From assembly GCA_002269645.1 (NCBI GenBank), contig NIVC01000175.1, forward strand, positions 773,029 through 837,028: 64,000 bases of DNA, written 5' to 3'. This document shows positions 24,516-33,294 of this stretch, one piece after another (positions within the stretch are counted from its first letter, which is position 1; each line of letters starts with the position of its first letter). The position numbers and the translations under genes are program-made. The DNA comes from Macrostomum lignano. Its lineage: Eukaryota. The notes beneath the pieces were generated by a model. That model did no database searches. It was given only the letters and a program-made list of their open reading frames with translations, and was not told the origin of the DNA.

Positions 24516-25596
24516 CCGGAGAGACCGGATATTGCTAGAGAGATAGAGAGATAGAGTGAGAGTGAGAGAGAGAGAGAGCGAATTCAGAGCAGACAACAGT
24601 CTAATCTACAGTGTAAAAAAAGCAGAGGGCCCAGCTGAAGCAGGAACAGAAGCATAGAGCCGGAATAGAAGTGCTCTGATGCACGCTAATCTCTTTAGCA
24701 ATATCCAACAGCAGGGAAGTGAAAATTTCTTAGGTATCAGAAGTGTAATCTCCATCTTCTTGTTTTGTGGGACAAAGCACTTCTTCTGTCTCTGTTTATT
24801 GCTGGAGAAAATGGTCCGTTAGAAAAGAGATTTTCGTCTCCACCCTCTCCTGTCTTCTCTTTACCCTCTCCTGCCTCCTCTCTACCGTCTCCTCTCTAAC
24901 CTCTTTTGTTTCCTCTCTACCCTCTCCTTTTTCCTCTCTACCCTCTCCTGTTTTCTCTCTACCCTCTCCTGTTTCCTCTCTACCCTCTCCTGTTTCCTCT
25001 CTACCCTCTCCTGTTTCCTCTCTACCCTCTCCTGTTTCCTCTCTACCCTCTCCTGTTTCCTCTCTACCCTCTCCTGTTTCCTCTCTACCCTCTCCTGTTT
25101 CCACTCTACCCTCTCCTGTTTCCTCTCTACCCTCTCCTGTTTCCACTCTACCCTCTCCTGTTTCCTCTCTACCCTCTCCTGTTTCCACTCTACCCTCTCC
25201 TGTTTCCTCTCTACCCTCTCCTGTTTCCTCTCTACCCTCTCGTGTTTCCACTCTACCCTCTCCTGTTTCCTCTCTACCCTCTCCTGTTTCCTCTCTACCC
25301 TCTCCTGTTTCCTCTCTACCCTCTCCTGTTTCCTCTCTACCCTCTCCTGTTTCCTCTCTACCCTCTCCTGTTTCCTCTCTACCCTCTCCTGTTTCCTCTC
25401 TACCCTCTCCTGTCGCCCCATTTCTCCTTTTCAAGTCTCAGACCCCCCGACCCCCTCCTCTACCGCTCAGGTGTTTAGCGAGGTGGACTCGGACGAGCAG
25501 GCACGCTGGATGGAGGTGGCATACAGCACGGCTATGCGCTCCAGCCATTGCGAGATGTTGAAAACCATCGCTTCAAATCACCGAGCATATTTTTAA
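280..25596 (+). CDS. TRPM2: TRPM2-like cation channel with C-terminal NUDT9-H domain (flatworm TRPM_PZQ-like); 17 exons in window, 5' part missing
   Basis: Joined exons total 4385 nt with all intron phases matching. They give MHR4 motifs ([17 protein letters not shown]; [13 protein letters not shown]), pre-S1 [10 protein letters not shown]1-S6, the TRP box WNYQRY, a coiled coil, and NUDT9 motifs [20 protein letters not shown] and [15 protein letters not shown]. Stop TAA at 25594-25596. The symbol reflects domain architecture; orthology was not tested. Confidence 0.93.
574..666 (+). CDS. TRPM exon (phase 1-1)
   Basis: tttttcaag|atc acceptor and gaag|gtatt donor; 93 nt ([30 protein letters not shown]). 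Confidence 0.6.
845..1215. repeat. Minisatellite, about 77-bp unit x5
   Basis: aacacagtagcgataaaatgggg recurs at 847, 924, 1001, about 1076 and about 1152. Confidence 0.9.
1485..1622 (+). CDS. TRPM exon (phase 1-1)
   Basis: ttccgcag|agg acceptor and aaga|gtaagt donor; 138 nt ([18 protein letters not shown]...KKVK). Confidence 0.65.
1775..2935. repeat. Minisatellite: 21-bp unit switching to a 19-bp unit
   Basis: gataaatggagtgacaagtag up to about 2560, then agagagtgacaagtagaag. Confidence 0.95.
3011..3178 (+). CDS. TRPM exon (phase 1-1)
   Basis: cacatcag|gag acceptor and gaag|gtgga donor; 168 nt ([26 protein letters not shown]...PAVE). Confidence 0.6.
3372..4405. repeat. Minisatellite, 33-bp unit
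   Basis: gggagatgcacaatcgtgaagggctgagacgta, about 30 copies, degenerate at the 3' end. Confidence 0.95.
4456..4704 (+). CDS. TRPM exon (phase 1-1; acceptor could instead be 4501 or 4522)
   Basis: taactaac branch-like motif then agcag|acg; gaag|gtgag donor; 249 nt (..[19 protein letters not shown]). Confidence 0.6.
4712..6055. repeat. Minisatellite, 21-bp unit in two variant blocks
   Basis: ctctctactgcctccattccg, then ctctctactgtcac(c/a)atccg. Confidence 0.95.
6223..6332 (+). CDS. TRPM exon, start of MHR4
   Basis: ctcgcag|aat ... gagaag|gtggg; encodes [36 protein letters not shown], matching the TRPM P..DLLIWA....A..FW motif. Confidence 0.9.
6455..6960. repeat. Minisatellite, 23-bp C-rich unit
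   Basis: cctcccacccttcacccactcta; a related array lies at 7560-7805. Confidence 0.9.
6968..7491 (+). CDS. TRPM exon, MHR4 and pre-S1
   Basis: caccag|gag ... acag|gtgaa; [16 protein letters not shown]...[20 protein letters not shown]...[16 protein letters not shown]. Confidence 0.92.
7560..7805. repeat. Minisatellite, about 23-bp C-rich unit
   Basis: ccttcacccgctctactctctc variants. Confidence 0.8.
8340..8815. repeat. Purine-rich minisatellite (gatgtagggagatgg core)
   Basis: 15-20-bp units. Confidence 0.85.
8989..9100 (+). CDS. TRPM exon, pre-S1 and start of S1
   Basis: actttcag|g ... aacacg|gtgag; KSLLSHIRQ...[16 protein letters not shown]. Confidence 0.92.
9135..10260. repeat. Two abutting 23-bp minisatellites
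   Basis: gcctaatttgatgtgtctgtagt (9135-9680), then gggatccctaatgtagtgtgtca with higher-order blocks (9685-10260). Confidence 0.95.
10457..10585 (+). CDS. TRPM exon, S1-S2
   Basis: atttcag|ttc ... aagcag|gtaag; [43 protein letters not shown]. Confidence 0.93.
10890..11165. repeat. GA-rich repeat, about 21-bp unit
   Basis: gagatgaggggagagaagggg. Confidence 0.85.
11930..12460. repeat. Minisatellite, about 46-47-bp unit
   Basis: ccccaatgtacactctctcccgaccagtccctctctatcccccgcca. Confidence 0.9.
12499..13027 (+). CDS. TRPM exon, S3-S5, pore helix and filter
   Basis: tgtgcag|gcc ... gagg|gtgag; [18 protein letters not shown]...[24 protein letters not shown]. Confidence 0.93.
13060..13400. repeat. 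Degenerate 15-bp repeat
   Basis: gtgagattagagtag variants. Confidence 0.75.
13503..13930 (+). CDS. TRPM exon, pore loop, S6 and TRP helix
   Basis: atttgcag|ac ... aagaag|gtggg; [44 protein letters not shown]. Confidence 0.93.
13950..14293. repeat. G-rich minisatellite, 35-bp unit
   Basis: gggcagagaatcggaggatggggtggtgggtgctg. Confidence 0.9.
14294..14645 (+). mobile_element. tRNA-derived SINE, copy 1 (TRPM intron)
   Basis: A-box-like gcctagtggtct and B-box-like ggctcgattt; body ggaatctcggcttggctctgctcgtgcaat...gcgtatgactgcg is shared with copies at 49341 and 50286. Confidence 0.75.
14738..15688 (+). CDS. TRPM exon, coiled coil, long linker and start of NUDT9-H
   Basis: aacacag|ggc ... gggag|gtgag; coiled coil ELEKKF...LASVQQ, Ala-rich and acidic linker, then HRLWRY...VPPDKIPWE. 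Confidence 0.88.
15715..17640. repeat. Minisatellite, 22-bp unit, about 87 copies
   Basis: gttagatt(t/c)acctg(t/c)ttcactg, starting about 25 bp after the donor at 15689. Confidence 0.97.
17748..17833 (+). CDS. TRPM exon, NUDT9-H N-terminal subdomain
   Basis: atttcag|att ... acagt|gtaagc; [28 protein letters not shown]; its phase-2 end matches the next exon. Confidence 0.8.
18285..18665. repeat. About 23-bp repeat interrupted by a C-rich tract
   Basis: aaatcgcccatagacagtttgga. Confidence 0.8.
18682..18973 (+). CDS. TRPM exon, NUDT9-H
   Basis: cttgcag|g ... tgg|gtgag; [32 protein letters not shown], matching the NUDT9 signature. Confidence 0.93.
19085..19710. repeat. Minisatellite, 19-bp unit
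   Basis: atgaccccaaaactacaca. Confidence 0.9.
19718..19867 (+). CDS. TRPM exon, degenerate Nudix-box region
   Basis: gttttag|ttt ... gaacag|gtagg; 150 nt, [31 protein letters not shown]...AEQ. Confidence 0.8.
19985..20725. repeat. Minisatellite, 25-bp unit
   Basis: agatcagagtgagattagatatagt. Confidence 0.93.
21225..21735. repeat. C-rich low-complexity minisatellite
   Basis: ccctcccaccctctctccca and ctcccacccctactctccatgt units. Confidence 0.85.
21782..21895 (+). CDS. TRPM exon, NUDT9-H
   Basis: aatccag|att ... caag|gtgag; [28 protein letters not shown], similar to NUDT9 YKGYVDDPRNTDNAW. Confidence 0.93.
21975..22697. repeat. Minisatellite, 12-bp unit
   Basis: gagtgacacagg and gagtgacactag. 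Confidence 0.95.
23236..24043 (+). mobile_element. Internally deleted IS630/Tc1-mariner-type DNA transposon
   Basis: 131-bp TIRs (23236-23366, 23913-24043, one mismatch) with TA on both sides; internal transposase remnant IMNGARFH...[19 protein letters not shown]. Confidence 0.9.
24140..24227 (+). mobile_element. Possible Helitron-type 3' end fragment
   Basis: GC-rich gcgccgaggcgc, an imperfect hairpin and a terminal CTAG followed by T; no 5' end or Rep/helicase seen. Confidence 0.25.
24445..24580. repeat. Compound (TA)n(GA)n microsatellite
   Basis: Read directly from the sequence. Confidence 0.9.
24840..25412. repeat. Minisatellite, 21-bp pyrimidine-rich unit
   Basis: tcctctctaccctctcctgtt. 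Confidence 0.95.
25471..25596 (+). CDS. TRPM terminal exon
   Basis: cgctcag|gtg; [41 protein letters not shown], similar to the NUDT9 C-terminus (W..I...L.ASH...). Confidence 0.88.
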   Translation: MFSEVDSDEQARWMEVAYSTAMRSSHCEMLKTIASNHRAYF

Positions 25597-26243
25597 ACGC
25601 GCCAGCCTTTTTAACTCAACTGAACTGAACTTTACACACGCTAACTTTAAGTACGTCGTATTTTGAGTGAGACTCTTTCTTCCTTTCTTTACCTTTGGGA
25701 ACACAGTCATACGCCATGAGACTACTTTGTAGGGTTTCCTTTGACTCCTCCAGACATTGTTCGTTTTAAGTGAGTGTGCTTTCTTAGAAAAGCTTTCGTT
25801 GTGTGTTTGAACTTTTGTTAAAAGCTTCCCTTAAAAAGTCGACTGAATCTGAATGTATAAACATTACTTTTTCAAACTTTTGCGCCCCTAATATTGGTTA
25901 TAAGCAGGCTTTCTGTGTCTTTTCGTGTAGTACTTCATTTATTTAACTGTTTTTTCTCATTTTAAACTGTTTGTGTCTAAGCCTTGGACAGCTGATGTAC
26001 AAGGACGCTTATACTTTATTTTCTTACGGTCGATAAGGAACGTCGCATTGTAGTGAATTTAGCATGCTCTAGAGGACGCATATAGATCTGAATGGGAATT
26101 TTGCCATAGAAAAATTTAGTCTATGGCAAAAACATTCGGCGCAAGAAAAAATTGTTTTATCCCTCACTTGTCTATGCGATCGTTGACCATAATAGCGGTC
26201 CCGACCATAGACTATTGAGTCAGTTTATACAGACCTGTAATAG

Positions 26244-26665
26244 TATAGTATTTGTCATGCTATCTCAGCCTAGAGACATCCAAACTCAGCCAGCCCATCT
26301 CAACAGTGCGATTTTTTACGTAAGCCAGTCAAGTTTTACCATAGACATGCTTCTTAAGGCCATGCTATCTCAGCCTGGGACATGCAATCTCAGCCACTTT
26401 TCAGATTCTTACTGACTTTTCTTGCTGCGTTCATTCATTGCTGTTTGTTGCCATTTCATGTCACGTTACAGAAATGATAGCATTGAGATCTGTTTGCAAT
26501 TGAAATCTATATTGGCTGAGATTGCATGTCCCAGGCTGAGATAGCATGGCCTTAAGAAGCATGTCTATGGTAAAACTCGACTAGCTCGAGCCAAAAAACG
26601 CATTGCGGAATGGGGCTGGCTGAGTTTGGATGTCCCTAGGCTGAGATAGCATGACAAAAGCTATA
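26244..26665. mobile_element. MITE with about 153-bp inverted arms
   Basis: Arms 26244-26396 and 26513-26665 are reverse complements (tttgtcatgctatctcagcct...catgcaatctcagcca); TATAG...CTATA ends; internal catgctatctcagcct sub-repeats. Confidence 0.85.
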
Positions 26666-27779
26666 TAATATTACCCAGGCTTTAAGGGCGATAATGGGAA
26701 AGCCAGAGACAACTGCTGCCCCTATAGTCTATGGCCAAAAAGTCTGACTTAATCTTTCGAGCATTAGCTTAGTCCTCTCATGTCTGCTAAAGGCTTACCA
26801 TCGCACTCTAGCCTACAAATCAGCAACAATACGAGTATGAGCTTGGAAGATGAAGCTAGCGACACTAGCTATGAAACGGCCCAGACAAGCAGGATGGCGG
26901 GCCGCAACCAAGAACGCGGACAAAGATCAGTGATGAGAGATGCACAGCCTAGTCATCGAAGTCTTGGGACAGAGGTTGAGTGACCGATCGATATCGCAAA
27001 ATGACGAAGATTAACACGATTTCAATTGCTTGCATTAATTTGCGACAGATAATAAGAAGGAAATCAAAACCCAAAGGAGGCAAACTAACCAAGTTAATGC
27101 TCCAAAGAAGCAGTCTTTGGAGCATTTTGTCTATGACTTTGCAGAATTTTATCTATCATTAACTTAAGACACCAAAGTTTGCAGCAATGCACCGTTCTAC
27201 TGCGGATTACATTTCGAAACTACTGACTATTCAATCTGTTGTGTTATTATTCGCTAATCTACTTTCTCTTTAACAGAATTTTTTCATCCCGCCTATTGTT
27301 CATCTTTGCCATATGGAAGCTGCGTTCTCTAAGCCTTAGTAACAGAGGGCAATGTCTGAGCACTTAGCTTATTTGATAACCATGAAAGCAATATTTTGAA
27401 GGCCCAATTTTGTTTTTTTCAAATGAATTAGTGAGATAGGAACTCGTCAGTTTTTTATTACTGAATTGTCCATGTCAAAGCTCCACTGGTATGTGTTTGA
27501 CATTGATATGCGGGTTTATCTGCAAATTTGTCGAATTACTTTTTTAATCGTTTGGAGACGAGACAAGTCAAAGTACTGTGTTTTCTAAACTGATTTTTTG
27601 CATCGCATTAATTTGAGTTTTTATTTCCTCGTGTGTTGTGTTCTGCACTGCGCCGCATGACTCTGTGCATCTGTCTGTCAACCCCCACCCCCTCCACCCC
27701 TATTGTTTTGGTTTATTTTTGGTGTTTTGGTCCGCGGAAGGGCTGATTGGCTGGGCCGGACAGCTGGCTCAGTTTCTCT

Positions 27780-28120
27780 CTCCCCTCGCGTTGTGCTTGG
27801 CTGACGTGAGCTAGGGCCGGTCGGGAGGGGTTGTGGGTGATGGGGTGGTGGGCTTGCAGCCTTCTCCCCCCTCGCGTTGTGATTGGCTGGCGTGGGCTAG
27901 GGCCGGTCGGGAGGGGTTGTGGATGGTGGGGTGGTGGGCTTGCAGCCTTCTCCCCCCTCGCGTTGTTCTTGGCTGGCGTGGGCTAGGGCTGGTCGGGAGG
28001 GGTTGTGGGTGGTGGGGTGGTGGGCTTGCAGCCTCCCCCCAGCGCGGTGTGCTTGGCTGGCGTGGGCTAGGGCCGGTCGGGAGGGGTTGTGGGTGACGAA
28101 GTGGTGGGCTTGCAGCCTTC
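27780..28120. repeat. G-rich tandem repeat, about 86-bp unit x4
   Basis: ctagggccggtcgggaggggttgtggg recurs at 27811, 27897, 27983 and 28067. Confidence 0.9.
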
Positions 28121-29810
28121 TTCTTAGCTTTTATTTAGTCCATGCTTTTGTTTTGGCTTTCGACTTGCTGTCGGGTCGCTCTGATAGTCTGCTAGTGTGA
28201 AGACTTATCTATGCTTGTTTTGTGGGGCAAGATAAACAGCTTTAATAAAAAGAAAGTGGCCTCAAGAGGCTCGTGCCGGCCCATTCGTGCCGCCAGCTCC
28301 AGCCACCAAGGAAGTGAGTGCGCACACTTCTTTATCTTCTTTCCTTTGGTTGCCAAAGGGGGCAGCTAAGGGTTTGTATGTCTTGACGCCGATTAAGTTT
28401 AGGCTTTCGTAGGCATGCATACCGTACGCTATAGGTCAGGTGTGCATTCAGGAATGGAACCTGCATACAGTCTTGGGAGACTTGGCCTTTAACTGAATTT
28501 CCATTAAACGCCAGAGGTACATCCTGATACAGCCTTCAATTTTTTATTGTCCTTTTGCTCCTCCAATGAATCCTCTGCTTAAACAAAAAGAAATGTTGTT
28601 TTTTTTGAACATTTTTTTTACTGAAACAATTGACACGTTTTACAAATTGTCTCACTTGACAATGATGATAACAGTGCTTCTGTGAAGCGTAATTAGGAAA
28701 TCTCAAGCAGACTTACTTTCCTGGTGACCTTTCCTGTTTTATAGCCGACGAACGAGCGCGTGGACGCAAGAACTTTGACCTTACAAGCATAAAATGATTA
28801 AGATTAAGATTAACTTGCGTGACGGTTGAGCACGATAGAATGAAATCAATTATCAGATTATAATTGAATTAATCTGTCTTACAGACGGAACAAGGAGCTG
28901 CATACGGATTCATGTGACCTCGAAAACTTTGCTGAAGGCCAAGAAATGACTGAATAAAACACGGCCCTAAAAAAATTTCTAAGACAGATTTTACAAAGAT
29001 TTTCTGTTTTGCACAGCGCCAACTGAGGCTTTGACAATTAAAGTGTGTCCTGATCAAGAACGAAAATTATTCAAAGTTATTGAATCCCTTTGACCGTTCA
29101 TTCGTGAGTCGGTCGCTCTAAGTACTAAACTACGACCCTCTCATAGTTTCATATCATAAAAATTTTGAGTAGCTATACAGCTCGGACAGACACACTTTTT
29201 GCATTTGGAACTCGGTGGTTCAGAAGGTGAGAGATTGAGAATTCTGCTGAGCAAGAACTGTAAAAAATAGAATCTTTCTATCTCCCTAATGCATTTTTGC
29301 AGCGGAAACTGACCTCTAGCAGTATAGCGGCGTCCTTCTGGTTGAGTTGTCCATGCTTGTAGATTAATGCAATTTCGGAAATTGCGAATATTTGTGTAAA
29401 TCTGGACGAGACGTTGAGCTCTAGGGCCTCCGGATATCAGAGAAACAGTTTACTTAGTCAGAGTATGGAGAAAAATGTTTAATGCGGCTTTTTATCCATC
29501 TTAATCCAGCAATAGGAGTATTAGGCTCTCTTAGCTGGGCCGTTTTTATCACAGCTTAAATCAAGGTTTATCATATAAATAGGCACTTTAAGCGTGTGAT
29601 ATAGGGTATAGCAAGATTTTCGCCTATACTATCGGGTAATATATTGCAATAGCTGATGGGGCAGCATCTGATTTTCCTGAGGTTCATGCAGATTAACGAT
29701 CAAGATGAGGATCTGCTTGTTGTTATAGCTACTGAACTTAGAGCCCGGGAAAATTTGTCGTCCCGAAAACCCCGAGCAATAAGTGTGAAGCAAGTGTAAG
29801 GAATCTTTCT

Positions 29811-29915
29811 ATTGGTTAGTAGGGCCACTACGATTTCCTATTGGATGCTGGAGCGTTGGTTATTTCTACTATACAGCTGGCTAGTATATATGTGAGTGCG
29901 ATCTGCCGCCATCTT
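29811..29915 (+). promoter_or_regulatory. Candidate core promoter of the GPCR
   Basis: Two ATTGG (inverted CCAAT) boxes at 29811 and 29840, TATATA at about 29886, YY1-type GCCGCCATCTT at 29905, about 50 bp before the ATG. Confidence 0.4.
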
Positions 29916-29965
29916 ATCAAACTTACCGATTGAATAAATCATTTGCCAAGGATTCGTGCTAAATC

Positions 29966-31672
29966 ATGTCCTCAAGCGCTGATCCAGCTAATGACGACGA
30001 AAAGTACAGAGAGTTCGCCGAAATGTCGCAGTACATCACAGCTCTGGTGCTGTACCCGATCGTGTCGCTTGTCGGCATGGCTGGGAGCGTGCTGTGCATC
30101 GTGGTGCTGAGCCAGCGTCAGATGCTAACCAGCACCAATGCCTACCTAATAGCCCTGGCCGTTGCCGATCTAATGAAGCTGGCCAACGATTTTTTGTACT
30201 TTCCAGCAACGCTGCTCCAAATGAACGCGTCCCGTCGAGGAGGTGCCGTGTTTGCTCACCTGTATCCGTACGCGTTCTTTCTGTCGCAGTACACCAGCGG
30301 ATGCGCGGCCTGGCTCACTGTGGTGGTCGCCGGAGAGCGTTTCCTAATGGTGACGCACCCGAACTGGAGCCGGTACACCTTGACTGTGCGCAAGTCTCGA
30401 ATTGTGTCAGCGATCACCTTCTCGGCTGTCCTGTTGGTCACCTGGCCCTACCTGTTGCGCTACGAAACGGTGTGCGATGCGTCCGACAACAATTCGACGA
30501 ATAGTCTAGACGGCGGCAACAATGACCCGGCGAATTCGACCGAGTGCACTTGGAAACCAGTGCCAAGCCGTCTCTGGTCTAGCAGCGCTCTGGCCAGCTA
30601 CTCCAAGTACTATGTGCAATGCCAGAGCTGCTTAAAGTCCCTGGTGCCGCTGATCATTCTGATTGTGCTGAACATTAGAATCGTCATGGCTGTTCGAGAA
30701 ACTCGCGCCAACAAAAAGTTGGCATCGAGGAATCGAGTCACTGTCATGCTGGTGGTGGTGATCCTGTGCTACATCGGCTTCACCATGCCAGACTCGGCCT
30801 TGTCCGCTTTGGGCTGGGGCTACACCGAAGTCACCTCCAATTTTCGGCGGGGAGTTCGCGAGATTAGCGACCTCCTTCTGGCCGTTAACTCCTCCGTCAA
30901 CTTCTTTCTGTACGTAGTGTTCAACAAGGTGTTCCGGCAGAATCTGCTGGCTCTGTGCTGCAGGTCGGCTGCGGGCCCAGTGGAGGGGCGGCAGCAGACA
31001 GCCGGACTGGGCTGTCAGGGCGATGGCTGCAGCCGGGCAGCGGCAGTGGCAAAGCACAACCTCCAGAAGCAGACCCGGGATACGACCGCTTGCGGTTCGT
31101 CGGCCACGAGCTGCGCTAAGAATGGGCAGAGGCACGGCTGCGACAAGCCCCAGCAGCAGCGATTGAACCGACCGGCTGGAGGGGGCAGCGAGTGCATCGC
31201 TGTGTCTGGCACCACCGGCGGGACAGCACTCGCCGAAGAGTGCGCAGCGGCGAAGACAAACCGAGCTCCGAATTCTGGCGCCACCAAACCCGACAACGAT
31301 TTCGAGTTCGACAACGAGCTGAGTCCGCAGAGTTGGAACTTCCGTCGGCACAGTCACTGCCACGCCAAAAGCTTGGAGATTCATCCCGAGCATCAGCGGC
31401 TTCGTCCGACTGGCAGCAACCGGCGCCGCTGCGGCTCGCATCAGCAGTTCAGTCAGCAGGGCAAGCAGCTGCTCCATCATCAAGATCCCGGGATCGCCCG
31501 ACAAAAAGAAGCAGCTGATGCAGCTGACCTGAACCTCAGCAGGAGAACTGCTAAACGCCAAGTTGAAGTTGTTGTGACGCTGGTTGTTCATCATCACGAA
31601 TACGCGGCTCCAACTGAATGCGATGAACAGGAGGAGAGAGTGGCCAATGCCCCGCAAGTTAGCGATCTGTGA
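29966..31672 (+). CDS. Class A peptide GPCR, FMRFamide/myosuppressin-receptor-like, single coding exon, 568 aa
   Basis: Seven hydrophobic segments; TM2 STNAYLIALAVADL, TM3 end ERF, TM6 P, TM7 NSSVNFFLY, helix 8 FNKVFRQ; long low-complexity C-tail. Confidence 0.9.
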   Translation: MSSSADPANDDEKYREFAEMSQYITALVLYPIVSLVGMAGSVLCIVVLSQRQMLTSTNAYLIALAVADLMKLANDFLYFPATLLQMNASRRGGAVFAHLYPYAFFLSQYTSGCAAWLTVVVAGERFLMVTHPNWSRYTLTVRKSRIVSAITFSAVLLVTWPYLLRYETVCDASDNNSTNSLDGGNNDPANSTECTWKPVPSRLWSSSALASYSKYYVQCQSCLKSLVPLIILIVLNIRIVMAVRETRANKKLASRNRVTVMLVVVILCYIGFTMPDSALSALGWGYTEVTSNFRRGVREISDLLLAVNSSVNFFLYVVFNKVFRQNLLALCCRSAAGPVEGRQQTAGLGCQGDGCSRAAAVAKHNLQKQTRDTTACGSSATSCAKNGQRHGCDKPQQQRLNRPAGGGSECIAVSGTTGGTALAEECAAAKTNRAPNSGATKPDNDFEFDNELSPQSWNFRRHSHCHAKSLEIHPEHQRLRPTGSNRRRCGSHQQFSQQGKQLLHHQDPGIARQKEAADAADLNLSRRTAKRQVEVVVTLVVHHHEYAAPTECDEQEERVANAPQVSDL

Positions 31673-32265
31673 CTCAGAATTGTAACAAAAGTTACATAAA
31701 ATACTGCCCGAATGTTGAACGCTCTATTACGAGTTACAGGCTCATGGAAAACTTAAAACATGTTTATAAAATTTTCTGTAAAAAGTTTTTAGCAAAAGAT
31801 GTGTCGTGACTTTTTTGAGGTTTTACAGTGATACATGTGAGCCCTGCACGCTCCTTAGTAGTCTCACCTGCAAAAGTAGCGATTGTTGTGTCTTGCGAAA
31901 GCTTGGTAGACAGGCATGACCCCGATAGTCAAGACTTCTATTCTGTCAAATTCTTAATTGTCAACTGATTTAAATAACTGTAATTTGTTTCGGAAATTGT
32001 TCCTTGGGAATACAAAATTGATTTGCTTGATTAAACAGAAATTCTGAAATAAAACTGTAAATGGACCTCATTTATTGTTATTAAAAGCAATTTTCAGCTA
32101 TAGTCAGTCACTCTGTTATTTTAACCTCCTGAGTCAATAAATGCGGTCGCGCTGACAAATGATAACAGCCAAAATCAACAGTGCTCGTTATCACAAAGCA
32201 CCTTTTCTTAGACGATGATGCTGCAAGCCTCTTCTTAGACGATAAACTTCCGCTTCCATTCCATG

Positions 32266-32676
32266 GGTGCTGGCGCCCCTTGGTGCTGGCGCCCCTTGGT
32301 GCTGGCGCCCCTTGGTGCTGGCGTCCCTTGGTGCTGGCGTCCCTTGGTGCTGGCGCCCCTTGGTGCTGGCGCCCCTTGGTGCTGGCGCCCCTTGGTGCTG
32401 GCGCCCCTTGGTGCTGGCGCCCCTTGGTGCTGGCGCCCCTTGGTGCTGGCGCCCCTTGATGCTGGCGCCCCTTGGTGCTGGCGCCCCTTGGTGCTGGCGC
32501 CCCTTGGTGCTGGCGCCCCTTGGTGCTGGCGCCCCTTGGCGCTGGCGCCCCTTGGTGCTGGCGCCCCTTGGTGCTGGCGCCCCTTGATGCTGGCGCCCCT
32601 TGGTGCTGGCGCCCCTTGGTGCTGGCGCCCCTTGGTGCTGGCGCCCCTTGGTGCTGGCGCCCCTTGGTGCTGGCGC
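32266..32676. repeat. Minisatellite, 16-bp unit, about 25 copies
   Basis: ggtgctggcgcccctt. Confidence 0.95.
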
Positions 32677-33294
32677 GCTTTAATCCACGCTACTGCAAGA
32701 ACTGCGGCTGTAACACACTGCACTAAAGTTAGTACAACATACAAAATACAATTGCCCATTCACGCTTATTTAGCAGTTTGCTAATTTAAGAATCTTCCAA
32801 AGTCAGTCAGTTTCCTCAGTCATCGACATTCACTTGCCGTGTCACTATGGATTATGTTTCCAGCGCACACGTTTGAGTAGCCGGAAATAAGAAACTCGAA
32901 CCTGTCAGGCAGCCTCTTCCTGCATTTCACAGAGCACGATTCGCTTCAATTTCAACTTACAAGACGGACATTGTCACGCGATATCTTCTACGAAACTATG
33001 GCCAGAAAAATCGTTGCAAAAGAAATGCGTTTAAAACAAAATTTGAATAGTTTTTTTGACCTCCTGATGGCATGATGCGCGGTTCGAAAAATGTGCGTAG
33101 GCGATTGGCACGAATCGAAGTCTCGAAAATTTTTCTAATTATTTTTGTGATTGGCTTTTACGTTTAATTATCACTGGTACATACACAAGCCATAAAGATT
33201 GCCTTCTAAAGGTACCAATGGATTTTACGGAATGATTTTCAATAGAATTGCAGACAGAAACATGTAAGAGTGTAGCGAGAGTTTTTTTAAAAGG

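Noticed and set aside
24796-24830. Peptide FLTDHF at the end of a - strand repeat ORF, identical to the start of TRPM exon 19718
   Set aside because: The codons differ and the match does not extend; treated as coincidence.
30632-31657. 341-aa antisense ORF over the GPCR (and similar shadow ORFs over TRPM, TRAF7 and PLK exons)
   Set aside because: Expected shadow of GC-rich coding sequence; no recognisable motifs.
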